Source: Octopus sinensis
Taxonomy: Eukaryota
Assembly (NCBI RefSeq): GCF_006345805.1
Contig: NC_043018.1
Location: 14,446,001 to 14,510,000, forward strand
DNA: 64,000 nt
Reading direction: 5' to 3'
In this document: piece by piece, positions 37,925-50,959 of the stretch
How the letters are laid out: every line of letters begins with the position of its first letter
Numbering within the stretch: position 1 is the stretch's first letter
The notes under the pieces: generated by a model
What the model was told of the DNA's origin: nothing
Databases searched by the model: none
The model's input: only the letters and a program-made list of their open reading frames with translations
Translations under genes and position numbers: made by a program

Positions 37925-38970
37925 AGAAAATACCTGAAAGAGGTACCTGGATGACTGTTTCATTCTTTGGCATGAAAATATAGAGAAACTTAAAGAATTC
38001 CAAGCACTTTTAAATGGACTTGACGTAAACATTCAATTTACAATGGAATGTAGCCAGCAACAACTTCCCTTCCTCGACATCCTCATTTAGAAATCTAACA
38101 ACATAATAGAAACAGATATATACTATAAGCCTACGGAATCCAAGCGATATCTACCGTTCAACACATGCAAACCCAGACACACCAGAATGAATATCCCATT
38201 CAACCTACCAAAAAGGATATGTACTATAGTTTCTAATGCAAACACCAGAGATATACGACTACATGAACTAAAGGATACACTCATCCCCAAGAACAACCCA
38301 TCTTCACTAATTGACATATACTTTCAACGTGTCCTTCAACTCAACATCCCAAATCAAAGAAGGATTTACAACCAAAAGCCCTACCTTGCATCCCCAAACA
38401 CAACTCTCTCAACAATGAAGCCTTCGACACCATCCTCCAAAATATTTTCCTGCTAAAAAAGGACCACAGAATGAACTTAATCCTCCAAACACACACGATC
38501 ATAAAACGCAAGAGGCAGCCTAAATCTATGAAAAGTCTCCTAACACAAGCCCGAATATGCTTAACAACACAGAAGCCGTCAGTAAAAAATGCGGGAGACT
38601 CAACTGTGGGATATGCGTCAATTTAATTGCGGGATCACAGTTCTCCTTCAAACAGGGACACGTTTCACTGTGAAAAGCAATTTCACTTGTGCTTCAGAGA
38701 ACCTGATATACGCACTAACCTGCTCTGGGTGTCAAGAGCAATACATAAGCCAAAAAAAAAAACAGTCTAGAAAAATAGCATTCAGCCAACACATAGACAT
38801 TTGCGCCAATAACAAAAATCCAAGCTTCAGAGTTTTTCCCCTCTACCAATTCAGGGACGATACAACCTGTAGCCAACGAATTAGTAAAGATATTCTCTTT
38901 ATTACAAAATACAGACCCCTTTTGAATGCATCTACAAGAAACGACTTATCCACAACGGCCTTAGAATAAC
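37925..38970 (+). mobile_element. Decayed Penelope-like element (RT plus GIY-YIG)
   Basis: RYLDDCFILW...IQFTME...LPFLDI...TDIYYKPT; downstream FTCASENLIYALTCSGCQEQYI. Confidence 0.85.
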
Positions 38971-40257
38971 ACAAACACACACGCAAATATTAAAAATGAT
39001 ACAATCAAGAGATTCCCAAGAATTCATTACAAAAACAGTCCCAATCACTGCTATAATCCATAACAAGTCACTTTTAGGTCACTTGACCATCTAACACCTT
39101 ACTACTATCATACTACCTACATTCCTTCTTATTCTCCCTTCTCTTTCTTCTTCTTCGTCTTCTTCCTCTCCGCCGCCTCCTTCCTAACTTTACCACAATT
39201 GCTGCGATTTATTAACCCCAAGAGGACATCTTCTCTCGTTGGTTAACGATGCACAGCTGCGTCTGAGATACTGCAAGCAGAGAGGCGAACCCCTACCACC
39301 TTCTAGCAGTAAGGTCCGTTCGAACGGACACCCATGTTGAAGTGTCTACGAACATTACTTGTTAGTACAACTACTACGTTGATCTCTTACAGAGATTTTA
39401 GAACTAGCATTTTGGCTTGTTGCAAAATCAGCGACTGTACGTGTCGCTTGAAATCATATATATTGCAAACAGAAGCGAGCTGCTGCCATCTTTAGCAGAC
39501 GAGGAGTCCAGTACTGAAGAGAGGCAGAAAGAGCCCGAAACCAGGCTGGCGTTAGAAGGTGGTCGGGGTTTGCTCCCCTGCTCGCAATAATACAGTTGTG
39601 CATCGTTAACCAGCTGGAGGAGATGTTATCTTGGAGTTAATAAATCACCGTAAAGTCCGTTCGAACGGACAGCCATTTTGAAGTGGCTACGAACACTACA
39701 TGAATACAGCGAAAATGGTATTAGATATCTAATTACATCAACCCCCAGCACAAAACTGGTACTTATTTTTATCGATCGGGAAAGCAAAGTAGATATCAGT
39801 GGATTCGAACTCAGAAAGTGAGGACGGGGGAAACCCGCTTACCATTTTGCTCATCTTGCAACAGATGCCGCCGGATCGCCACGAAAGAATAACAAAACGA
39901 AGCAACCGATACAAGATACATTAATCATTGACAACAAGTAGAGACGTAACAAGTACAGCGCTGGTTGTTTAGTTACGTCTGGCCAATATTATTTATTGCT
40001 ATATCTTCTTTTATTCTTCTATCAGCCGAGGAACTAAGTCGTAAAAACCCGTCCATCATGCAGTTTTGAATCCAGTGTAAGTTGTGCTATGCAGAGATGT
40101 CATGATCCGATTATGGTTATTCAATAATCATTAACCTAACGTCGTGCGGAAATCTATAAACTTTTTCATGCTCATATACTGTTCTGAAATGTGTAGCTCG
40201 ACAGCTGTGGAACTGCAAGTGTCAGTAAATGGTAAGTCACATCGCATAAACCATGCC

Positions 40258-40292
<35 letters not shown>

Positions 40293-41429
40293 TGTACGTG
40301 CAGCAATTTGTGTGTGTTTGTTTGTTCGTACGCGTGCGTGAACAAAAAGACGAAACTCTTGGAGCAAATTCAAAAAGACCAAAGGAAACGACAGCTGGAG
40401 CAAGCAAAGTTTAAAGCTGTTCACGGAATAACTACATACACACCATCATCAACAGTTTCAACTTGGCACCGGTTGTCAAGCAAATGCTAGGGGGACAAAC
40501 ACAGGACACACAAACACACACACACCATATACATATATATATACATAGATACGACATGGCTTCTTTCAGTTACTTACCAACCCACTCAGAAGGCATGGTA
40601 CCAGTTTCAACTTTGCAACCGGTTGTCAAGCAATGCTAGGGGGACAAACAACTTTGCACGGTTGTCAAGCAATGCTAGGGGGACAAAACACAGACACAAC
40701 AAACACACCACACACATTACATATATATATACATATATACGACTGGCTTCTTCAGTTTCCGTCTACCAAACCCACTCAGAAGGCATTGGTCGGCCCGGGG
40801 ATATAGCAGAAGACACTTGCCCAAGATGCCACGCAGTGGGACTGAACCCGGAACCATGTGGTTGGTTAGCAAGCTACTTACCACACAGCCACTCCTGCGG
40901 AAAATTCCAGATTATATTTTTAAAAAGGATGCCGATTTTTACATAAGGTCGATTTTTTATAAGAGTATATATTTTATGTCATATGTAAAGCTCCGATACA
41001 AAATATAAACTGGTCATAAATAAAATATTATTGGTCATAAAGACTTGAAGATCAGGAATAATCAGGATCTAAGCAACAATTTGAACTTTGCACGTCTGAA
41101 TGAGTCGTAAGTTGGTTTCTGAAAAAAGAACTTAAAATTTGTCTCCAATGAAGAACATTGACATAACCGAAGATAAAAACTCGATATAGTTTGAAATGAT
41201 GTTTTCTAATTACTACTTCACACAGTTGGACGAAGTGCACGGCGATTTAGTAAATATTGTATCTCATAATATAAATCAAGTTGTTGGTGCTTATACATAC
41301 ACACACGCACACATACAGGCATGTATACATATATATGTATATATGTATATATATATGTGTATATGTATATATATGTGTGTGTGTGTATGTGTATATATAT
41401 ATATACACATACATATATATATGCATACA

Positions 41430-41499
<70 letters not shown>

Positions 41500-42271
41500 T
41501 ACATACATACATATATATACATTATCATCATCATCGTTTAACGTATATTAATGTACGTGCAGCAATTTGTGTGTGTTTGTTTGCTCGTACGCGTGCGTGA
41601 ACAAGAAGACGAAACTCTAGGAGAGCAAATTCAGAAAAACCAAAGGAAACGACAGCTCGAGTAAGGACTGTTTAAAGCTGTCCACTGAATAACTAACACT
41701 ACACAACCATCATCAACCAGTTTCAACTTTGCACCTGAGAAAGTCTACTGAGCTCTTTGTATCAATACCGTTGGAATCTAACAAGTATGTAAACATTTAA
41801 ATTATTCTTTGCGTCTGTATGTGATTAAGTAATACGCAGAGTATGTTATGGTAATGATGATGGTGGTAGTGGAAGAGCTTAAACCGTTTCTTGCCTGTTT
41901 GCATGTGAACAATCCAAGATCTGCAAAGAGAGAGGATAACCGGAATGATTCACAAATTTTCACTTTACATCTCATCGATTGTATTTGATGAAAGGGAATC
42001 AGTTGACCCCTTAAGTTTTGGATGCAGTCGAGCTTTTGTAAATTTTGTTTTTGAATTAATGTAAATCGTTTGCTAAGAAACAAGTGAACCTATTTTGGCT
42101 GGATATTAGCGCGATTTCGAAATGAGCGGGTTGCTGTTTTTATTGAGTTGACTCACCAGTATTCTTGGTTCCGAATCGCATGAATAAAATCTGGTCCTGG
42201 GGCACAGCTAAACGAGCCTCTAACGTTGTTCCTCCTGAAAATGGGTCCATACATATGGGAACTAGTGAAAT

Positions 42272-42329
42272 GCTTGTGAGATGACGTCAGCAGCTGTGGA
42301 GCTGACCGGAACTTGGGGCTGACCGGAAG
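42272..42329 (+). mobile_element. 58-bp piece of the same LTR end at the inverted-duplication breakpoint
   Basis: tgtgagatgacgtcagcagctg...gaccggaag is the reverse complement of 34347-34400. Confidence 0.85.
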
Positions 42330-43029
42330 TTTTCATCTCCGTAGTAAATTGCAGGTATTTCAGTTCGATTTTATTTTGTTTTTTTGCAGTTCATCCTGTT
42401 CAGACTAATCTTTGTATATCATGTCCCTGTATTAAGACATCTAACATAATTTAACAATATTAAAATTATTTCATGTAATTAACTCTTTATAAAAGTGTCT
42501 TTCTTTTAGTTTAGTCTTTCCTTCTTTATATTTGTGCCATAATCTCAATCAAAAGCAGAGAGATATACAAAAGGAAAGATCAAAAATAAAAGAAAAATAC
42601 AATATTTAGATAGATAGGAAATTAGTTCACAGTGGTGGCTCTAAATATTGAGTTATTACATGGTGAAAACGTAAAAGGTGCTGACCAAAAGCATAGTGGT
42701 CATCTGCTGACTATTGAAGATGGAGATATCTCTCAGTAATGAAATACTGATTATTAATAAATGTAATCACATCATACTATAAAAGGTAGAATTCACAAAT
42801 TTTCCATTCAGACACTCCAAGTATTTTTGACAGAGACGGGCCAGATTTCACATTACATGATCCCTTTCGAGAAAGAGAACGAGAGGAATGTTGAGAGTAG
42901 AAAATGACATTACCTTATCAATTTCTATAAATTTTACTTTCACCTGAGCCTTTGTATGTCAGAATGACTGAGAACAGGTTCCATTCCTAATTTAGATTCG
43001 AACAATTTGCTGTAGAATAATTCTATTAA

Positions 43030-43545
43030 ACACTAGCAGTATCGCCCGGCGTTGCTCAGGTTTGTAAGGGAAATAACTATATAAGCATTTTTAGAGAGTT
43101 ACTTCCCTTATAGATGCCAATTCGGGCTTTCTTAGCCATTTCTGTTTTGGTGTCTTCAAGCCATGAAGTCGTTGTTCTAAAAGAACGCTGGTCTCCTTGA
43201 CAACGCATTACGACGTTGATTTCCTTACACTCCCTTCCCCACAGCTTCACGAGGGAGGGAAGAAGGGGGAGAAGCAAACAGGTGCAGGTGTGACCGTGGA
43301 CGCCAACTTCGCCGCCATCAACACATGAAAAATTATGCATTAAAATGGAATAAAAAATGATGTTAAATTATTTTTAAAATCGTAGACTCATCGTAGACGC
43401 GCGCTAATACTCAGACGGGCTCGATATGAATCACGACTATAAGATATCGAATTTGGTTAAACTGCACCGCAAAATGTGGGAGTAGTTAGGAATCTAAATC
43501 GAAGGGGACAGACACTCACACAACTACAGTTTTATATATATAGAT
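43030..43545 (+). mobile_element. Non-autonomous Helitron-like element; shorter inverted copy at ~31995-32300, similar end at ~60230-60475
   Basis: 5' actagcagtatcgcccggcgttgctc and 3' gacagacac...ttttatatatatagat ends; no coding capacity. Confidence 0.55.
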
Positions 43546-43980
43546 ATCGATATTATGGAAATTTCACAAAATATCCAATGCAGTTAGCATGGTTTGTAAA
43601 ATCGAAAATTTAGGAGACATCAGAGTTAATATTTTATTTTGGAAGAGAGAAGAAATAAATTTTTTGTTTAATGATAAATATTTGAAGTAATTACATTTTT
43701 GCTGCTAGGTTATTGTTGTTATTAAAGCGGATGCCTCTCATAATCTAGAAGAATGACAACGAAATGCATTTCAAGTGTAAATGGTCGATTTTATTTCACA
43801 GATAATAAATCTATCATTACATCCAATACACATTGTCTTTTTCCAAGCAGAAAACTTTGCTTTACGGCTGGGACAGAAGTTGACTCTCTTCCTTCAAGAC
43901 AGACACTGGTTTCAAGATACAATATGGTCAATGACATTTTCTGATTTACAGTTCTATATTTAAGAGATTAGGAATTATGT

Positions 43981-44190
43981 ACATTATTTACATTTGACGG
44001 ATATTTGTCACAACATTTCAGCTGATACACCCTCCCAGCTGTCATCAGGTGTCTTGGGGAAATTTCGAACCTAGTTTCTCATTCCTATGGTATTTTACGA
44101 TATTATTATTATTATTCGGGTAATCAAACTCGGAATCTTGGGATTAGTAGCCTGCACCCTTAAACACTATACCATATGCCCGTGGGCAGC
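43981..44190 (-). mobile_element. tRNA-head SINE-like repeat with ctgatga...gaaa tail
   Basis: Minus strand reads gggcatatggtatagtgtttaagg...gattccgagtttgatt... (ATA)n ...cctgatgacagctg...cagctgaaat. Confidence 0.5.
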
Positions 44191-46789
44191 TGTGGAGTGA
44201 ATTTTAGGGCTTATAAAACTAATATCTTCCTATCCCTCCTTAATACTTGTTCCCATAGGCTATTCATATCTGCACTCGGTCTGCTTAGGAGATTGTTGTG
44301 TCCTAGCATCTGTGCTGCTTCTATTAGTTTTCGTATTTTCCAATGGTGTTCTCTGTCTATCATTTCAGCTTCATCCCACAGGGGGAGGTGGTCTCCATTT
44401 TTCTATACATGATCAGCTATACCCGATTCTACCAGCTCGCCGGTTTTATATGGAAAAAATACTGAAAAACGTCAGCACATCAGAGTGACAAAGAAACTAG
44501 GGAGGTATCAGGTGGTCGTGAGATGTGCGAAAAATAACAGCTAAATAGCTCTTAAAGCACACAGCTTTTGCTCGTTGGTTGAATTCTCGTGTGTAGAATA
44601 TGTATTTGGAAAAATTTTCTGAAAATTCCGGAAAAAACAAAACAAACCCCAGATATTAATTGTAAGTTGTAATGATGCAGAAGAAATACCAGAAATAAAG
44701 ATTTCCTGTGTTTCAAATAAAATCCGTTCCATTTCTTCAGTACACGATATTTACTTTTCGTTTCAGTATTTCAAGTGCACACTCCTATTTTTATACATTC
44801 CACATGTATTTAACTAAATTGTGAAATTTATATGTCAGAAATAAAGAGAAATCTTATCTAAAGAAGGGATTGAATCGACGTTAACAAATAATTTAGAAAA
44901 ATAACCAAAAGTGCAGTGAAATGTCTAAAAGAAAACGACAACACAATGAAAGTATTGACATAACAGCTTAACTTTCATATAATTTCGTCTTTGTTTTGTG
45001 AGATTCTTTTAATTCAACTCATCGAAACAATTAGACGTATTTGATATGACACGTATAAAATAGAAATGTCTAAATAAATACTTATACAGAGGAGTGGCTG
45101 TGTGGTAAGTAGCTTGCTAACCAGCCACATGGTTCCGGGTTCAGTCCCACTGCGTGGCATCTCGGGCAAGTGTCTTCTGCTATAGCCTCGGGCCGACCAA
45201 TGCCTTGTGAGTGGATTTGGTAGACGAAAACTGAAAGAAGCCCGTCGTATATATGTATATATATATATATGTGTGTGTGTGTCTGTGTTTGTCCCCCTAG
45301 CATTGCTTGACAACCGGTGCTGGTGTGTTTACGTCCCCGTCACTTAGTGGTTCGGCAAAAGAGACCGATAGAATAAGTACTGGGCTTACAAAGAATAAGT
45401 CCCGGGGTCGATTTGCTCGACTAAAAGGCGGTGCTCCAGCATGGCCGTAGTCAAATGACAGAAACAAGTAAAAGAGTAAAGAGTAATAGATATAGAGAGA
45501 AAGAGTGAACGAGGAAGATGTGAGAACTGAAGCCAGAGTGGAGAACGACAGCTTCAAGAGAATTTCTAGATTTCTACGAAAAAATATTAATTCATATTTT
45601 TCAGGTCAACATAATAAAAAATGCTGCGACATTTATTTACCAATCATTTATGTATTTGATTTGATTTTTCTCTTGAATATCAGTTGTATAAAGTGGAACT
45701 GATCAAGCAATCAAGGTGCGTGAGAAACAGGAGCAAGAAACAAAATTAGGAAGAATTTAATTAGGAACAAGGGGAGCTAACTCTAGTCTTTAAACAATTG
45801 CGGCTCTACTTTATTTTTTTACTTTTACTTGTTTCAGTCATTTGACTGCGGCCATGCTGGAGCACCGCCTTTAGTCGAGCAAATTGACCCCGGGACTTAT
45901 TCTTTGTAAGCCCAGTACTTATTCTATCGGGGTTCTTTTGCCGAACCGCTAGGTGACGGGGATGTAAACACACCAGCATCGGTTGTCAAGCAATACTAGG
46001 GGACAAACACAGAAACACAAACACATACATATATACGACAGGCTTCTTTCAGTTTCCGTCTACCAAATCCACTCACAAGGCATTGGTTGGCCCGGGGCTA
46101 TAGCAGAAGACACTTGCCCAAGATGCCACACAGTGGGACTGAACCCGGAACCATGTGGTTGGTTAGCAAGCTACTTACCACACAGCCACTCCTGCTATTT
46201 GGTATATTTTGGTATTCTTCCTTATTAATCCCTATTATCGTCATTATCACCAACCCTGCTGGATCCTTTCTGGTTGGGTGCACGTAGGGAAATTTTAATA
46301 TTTGGCCTGTACAATATATATCCTATTTATGCACATTTTCAAATAATTTCAGGGAGGTGGGGTTCCAGCTTCCTACCCCATCCTTTTTTTTTTTCAAAGA
46401 AAAATAAGGGGTTCGCGACACATTAGGAGGTCAGGGTAAGTGATTTGACGCAAGAAATCCAAGGGTTTTTTTTTTTTACGGGTGGCACGTAAAAAGCACC
46501 CACTACACTCACGGAGTGGTTGGCATTAGGAAGGGCATCCAGCCGTAGAAACATTGCCAGATAAGACCGGAGCCTGGTGCAGCCTTCTGGCTTCCCAGAT
46601 CCCCGGTCGAACCATCCAACTAGCATGGAGAACGGACGTTAAACGATGATGATGATGATGATGAACTGCATGGAGGTGCACTTGTAAAAATTTATCCGAA
46701 TGGTTTCATAATTATGGTGTTGAATATCGTTTCACGGTAGAAAAACGTTATGGGTGACTGAACATCAAGAACCAATTCTCCAGTGTCCT

Positions 46790-47060
46790 CAGGAACACAG
46801 GTACAGTCTTCCAGCTTCCAAAAGAAATTTATGAAAATCGGTGAGTTGGCAGTGAGATGGACCGCATAAAAAGTAACCTAACGACATACCATTCGAGATA
46901 CCCCGGGTGTCATTCTGGGACGAACATTGCACTTTTTTCAGGCTTCCCCATAAACGCTCAATATTTTGAGTGTGAACAGCTGGGTTATGGGGATCCACAG
47001 TGTTCAGCGTAATTAACCTGATAGGTGTGTATAGCCCATGCTGCTCAAGTTACTATATAC
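46790..47060 (-). mobile_element. Merlin (IS1016-like) transposase fragment
   Basis: GYTHL...DPHNPAVHTQNIERLWGSLKK, matching the Merlin H-T-Q-x-I-E-x-x-W motif. Confidence 0.7.
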
Positions 47061-49956
47061 ACGCCAACACTCACTATAATACTACCATATATGTATATAT
47101 ATATGTGTGTGTGTGTGTTTGTCCCTCCAACATCGCTTGACAACCGATGCTGGTGTGTTTACATCCCCGTAACTTAGTGGTTCAGCAAAAGAGGCCGATA
47201 GAATAAGTACTAGGCTTACAAAGAATAAGTCCTAGGGTCGATTAACAAATTAATGTACCTTACTGCATCATTTTATAATTTTTTAGACTCTGACTTGTAA
47301 TATACTACTTAATTTTGAAAATAAGGAAAAGTTTAGTGAGATAACATTGTAGTTATTAATCTGTGAAGGTGCGTGGCTAAGTGGTTAGGGCATTCGGCTC
47401 ATGATTGTAAGGTCGTGAGCTCAATTCACAGTGATGCGTTGTGTCCTTGAGCAAGACACTTTATTTCATGTTGCTCCAGTCTACTCAGCTGGCAAAAATG
47501 AGTTGTACCTGTATATTCCAAAGGAGCACCTTACTCCAAAATACTCTTGCACAGCACCCTAAGATTATGAGGTGACCCTTCCTCTTTCAGAGATTTAAAT
47601 AGCCGTGTTCCACCTGAATACCAACAATAAATGGTAAAGAAAGAAAAAAAAACAAAGAAAATAATTGCACAAATAAAAAAAAAAAACAAAGTTGGCTGAA
47701 AGACAAAATAGAAAGTGAAAAAAAAAACCAAAAACTTCTTTTTTTTTTCTAAAATATAATTTTATAAAATTCAAAATATAAATTTTATCAGTCAATACTA
47801 ATTTTTTTTTTCATCTCTTAACAGAAAATATTCACTCAATTGTGAACCATGCTCACAAAATGCACATATTTCTGCACGTAAAAACCCATTCACTATGCAT
47901 ACATCATTTGGCCAACAACCGTTAATAACAAGCAAAGCACGTTTATTGTTATTATTATAATGATAATGAAAATAAACACTTAAATAACAACAACAACAGC
48001 AGCAGTATCATATCAGATGACAATATTTCATTTACACTGAATTTGGTCTTTCAACAAATACAATTCCATCAAATTGTAAAATTTATTGTAAACAATAACA
48101 ATAAAGGCACAAAGCCAGAAATGAGGTGGGACAAGGTACTTGCTTATTTAACCAACCCCAGTTTTTGATTGGGGCTTTTACTTTATCAACCCTTAAGAAC
48201 AGTGACTCTCAACAAAATTTCATATAAGATTTGGTGGGGGGGGGGGACCCATGCTAGCAAAATCGTAAATTAGGGATCCACTGAAAAGTTTTGACTTAAC
48301 TGTATGTATTTGCAAGAAACAGCTGGGTTTCTTTCTCTAACTTTTTTTTACCTTGTTCAACCTATACAAGTGAATATATGGGTAACAAAATAAGAATTTT
48401 GAAAAGTATCTGTAAAATTAGTCATTGAACATCGAACGGAAATGGGGTTCCACCAGAGCAAAATGGTAAACAAAAGGGTCCAGGGATAAAAAAAATGGTT
48501 GAGAACTATAACTTTAGAAGGATGAAAGGCAAAGCAGGCCTTGGTGGAATGCGAATCTAGAACATTAAAAAATCATGGCTAAATATTACAAAGCATTTAG
48601 TCAGTCCACTGCCCTTGGTAGTAGTAGTAGTAGTAGTATAGTAGTAGTAATAATAATTGTTTCTAATCTAGGCCCAAGGCTAGTAATTTTAAGGAGAGGC
48701 TAGTTTATTTCCTCAACTCCAGTATTTGGTTGGTACTTTATTTTTATCAGACCCTGGGGGAATGAAAAGCAAAGCTGACCCTAGCAGGATTTGAACTTGG
48801 AACATAAAGACTCACAACTCAATATTTTAAGGCATTTAAAAAAAAATCCTGTGCTCTAATGCTTCTGTCAATCCACCATTCTTTAATAATTTCCAACATA
48901 GGTGCAGGCATGGCTGTGTGATACGAAGCTTGCTTACATGGGATTCCGGGTTCAGTCCCACTGCATGGAACTTTGGGCAAGTGTCTTCAACTATAGCACC
49001 GGGCTGACCAAGGCCTTGTGAGTGGATTTGGTAAATGGAAACTGAAAGAAGCTCATCATAAATATATACATACACACAAATATATATATGTGTATGTTTG
49101 TGTATGTCCCTCACCACTGCTTTGCAACTAAGGTTAGTGTGTTTATGACCCTGTAACTTAGCAGTTCAGCAAAAGAACCTGGGGTCAATTCACTCAACTA
49201 AAAATTCCTCAAGGCTGTGCCGCAGCACAACTGCAGCCTAATGACTGAAATGAAACAAGTAAAAGATAGGTCCTAGGCCCAAAATTTCAGGGATACAGGG
49301 TTAGTTGATAAAATTGACCTGGTACTTTATTTTATCGACCCCACCCTCCCTCCCTCCCCAGAAAGACAAATCTGATCTCAACAGGATTTGAACCGGGAAT
49401 GTAAAATCTTGAAACAAATAAATACTGCAAGGTATTTGATCTGATGCTTTAACAATTTTGTAACCACCACCTTCAGAATAATTGTTTCTGAATTGTGATT
49501 TGGGGGGGGGGGCTGTATGGTTTTGCTGATGATTCAACACTCAGTACTTGCCTGGTACTTTATTTTTACCAGTCCCAGTTTGATGAAAGGGAAAGTTGAT
49601 CTCTGTGGGATTTGAACTCTGAATATGAAGCGTCGGAACAAACACTGCAATATACATGTTCTGACACTGTGACACTCTAATGATTCTGCTATTCCAACAA
49701 CCTTCATAATTAATAATAAAAAACAACAATAACCCAACAAATTCTGTCCTATTCACAGTCATGTACTAAAAGATATATATAAAAAAAAAAAAACAACACA
49801 TTTTGAACAATTTGTCCACCTTTACTCCAACAATCATCCACACACTTTCTATTTACCAATAAAAATTAGTCAACAAATAAATTGTAATTTCTTTAACTTG
49901 ACTTTGATTGTTGTTAGCGAATATTTTGATCTGTTATCAATCAATCAGTCAATCAG

Positions 49957-50153
49957 TCAATCAGTCTTGGTTATCTTTAGAGAATTCTGGGTGGGCCTGT
50001 TTGCTGTGATCATGTTTCCTTTAGCTTTGATAACCCCTCGGCACTTGACAACAACAGAATAGCACACGGCCCATTCCATTGACCAGTTCTCAGAATCCAT
50101 CTGGGTGGTATAGTTTCGGATGATCTCTTGAAGCGTTGCATCAGGAAACATGG
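49957..50153 (-). CDS. GCLM: GCLM last coding exon
   Basis: (A)MFPDATLQEIIRNYTTQMDSENWSMEWAVCYSVVVKCRGVIKAKGNMITANRPTQNSLKITKTD*; matches the GCLM C-terminal YSVIVKSRGIIKSKG. Confidence 0.9.
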
Positions 50154-50959
50154 CTTCCAGAGAGAAATGAAGAGAAAAAAAAAGAAAAAAGAAGAAAAAA
50201 AGGTAGAAAAAGTACTGACAAATTTTGCAAGTCAACTTAAAAACATATTCTTCATTTGTTGACATGCACAGTGACAGACAGACAGACACAGCTATCACTA
50301 CCAAGATCATCCTTTTTTAACGTCCATCTTTCATGCTAGCATGGGTTAGACAGTTTGTTAGGATCTGATGGATTTGAGGGTTACACCATGCTCCGGTGTC
50401 TGCTTGTTGTTGAAACAAATGAGAACCATGGAATACATATAATGTCACACACAGCATTCTTCACATATTGTTTATACTCTGCAAAAAGCAAACACAATAG
50501 ATTTTCTGTTAATCTGAAACCTAAGTTTCCACAGGAGAAAATTTCCCATTATACACTTCAAGCTGCTGATCCTGTGAATGCTACTTGAGGTAAGAGCTTA
50601 GATTACCTCTAATCCCTCCTTGGTTTTATGTGTATGTGTGTATGCCAGCAAGGGATTGCCAATAAATCAGTTTGTTCATAAAGAATGAGTTTATAGTACG
50701 AGTTATGTCCCATTACAGAGTGGTAGTGACGGTGGACGTAGCCATTTGATAAATGGATATCTATAAAATGAGTACAGCACAAAAGTACTTTAATAACGAT
50801 GAACTTATTGCATACAGTGCTCAGAAAAAGTAGTCAGAAGTGAATAAACAGGACATAGAATGTGCACAAGAAGTGAACAGTAAACGAAAAAGGATGAGGG
50901 ACATCAGGTGATCAGGGGTAGTGTTGGCAAATATCAGGAAACGGGGAAGTTTTGAAGGT

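Noticed and set aside
40168-40231. Possible signal exon MLIYCSEMCSSTAVELQVSVNG|gtaagt
   Set aside because: Poor hydrophobic core; the homologous region near 5340-5370 lacks the donor.
42380-42445. Acceptor followed by HPVQTNLCISCPCIKTSNII* as another knottin exon
   Set aside because: Only three Cys and no conserved tail, UTR or intron homology.
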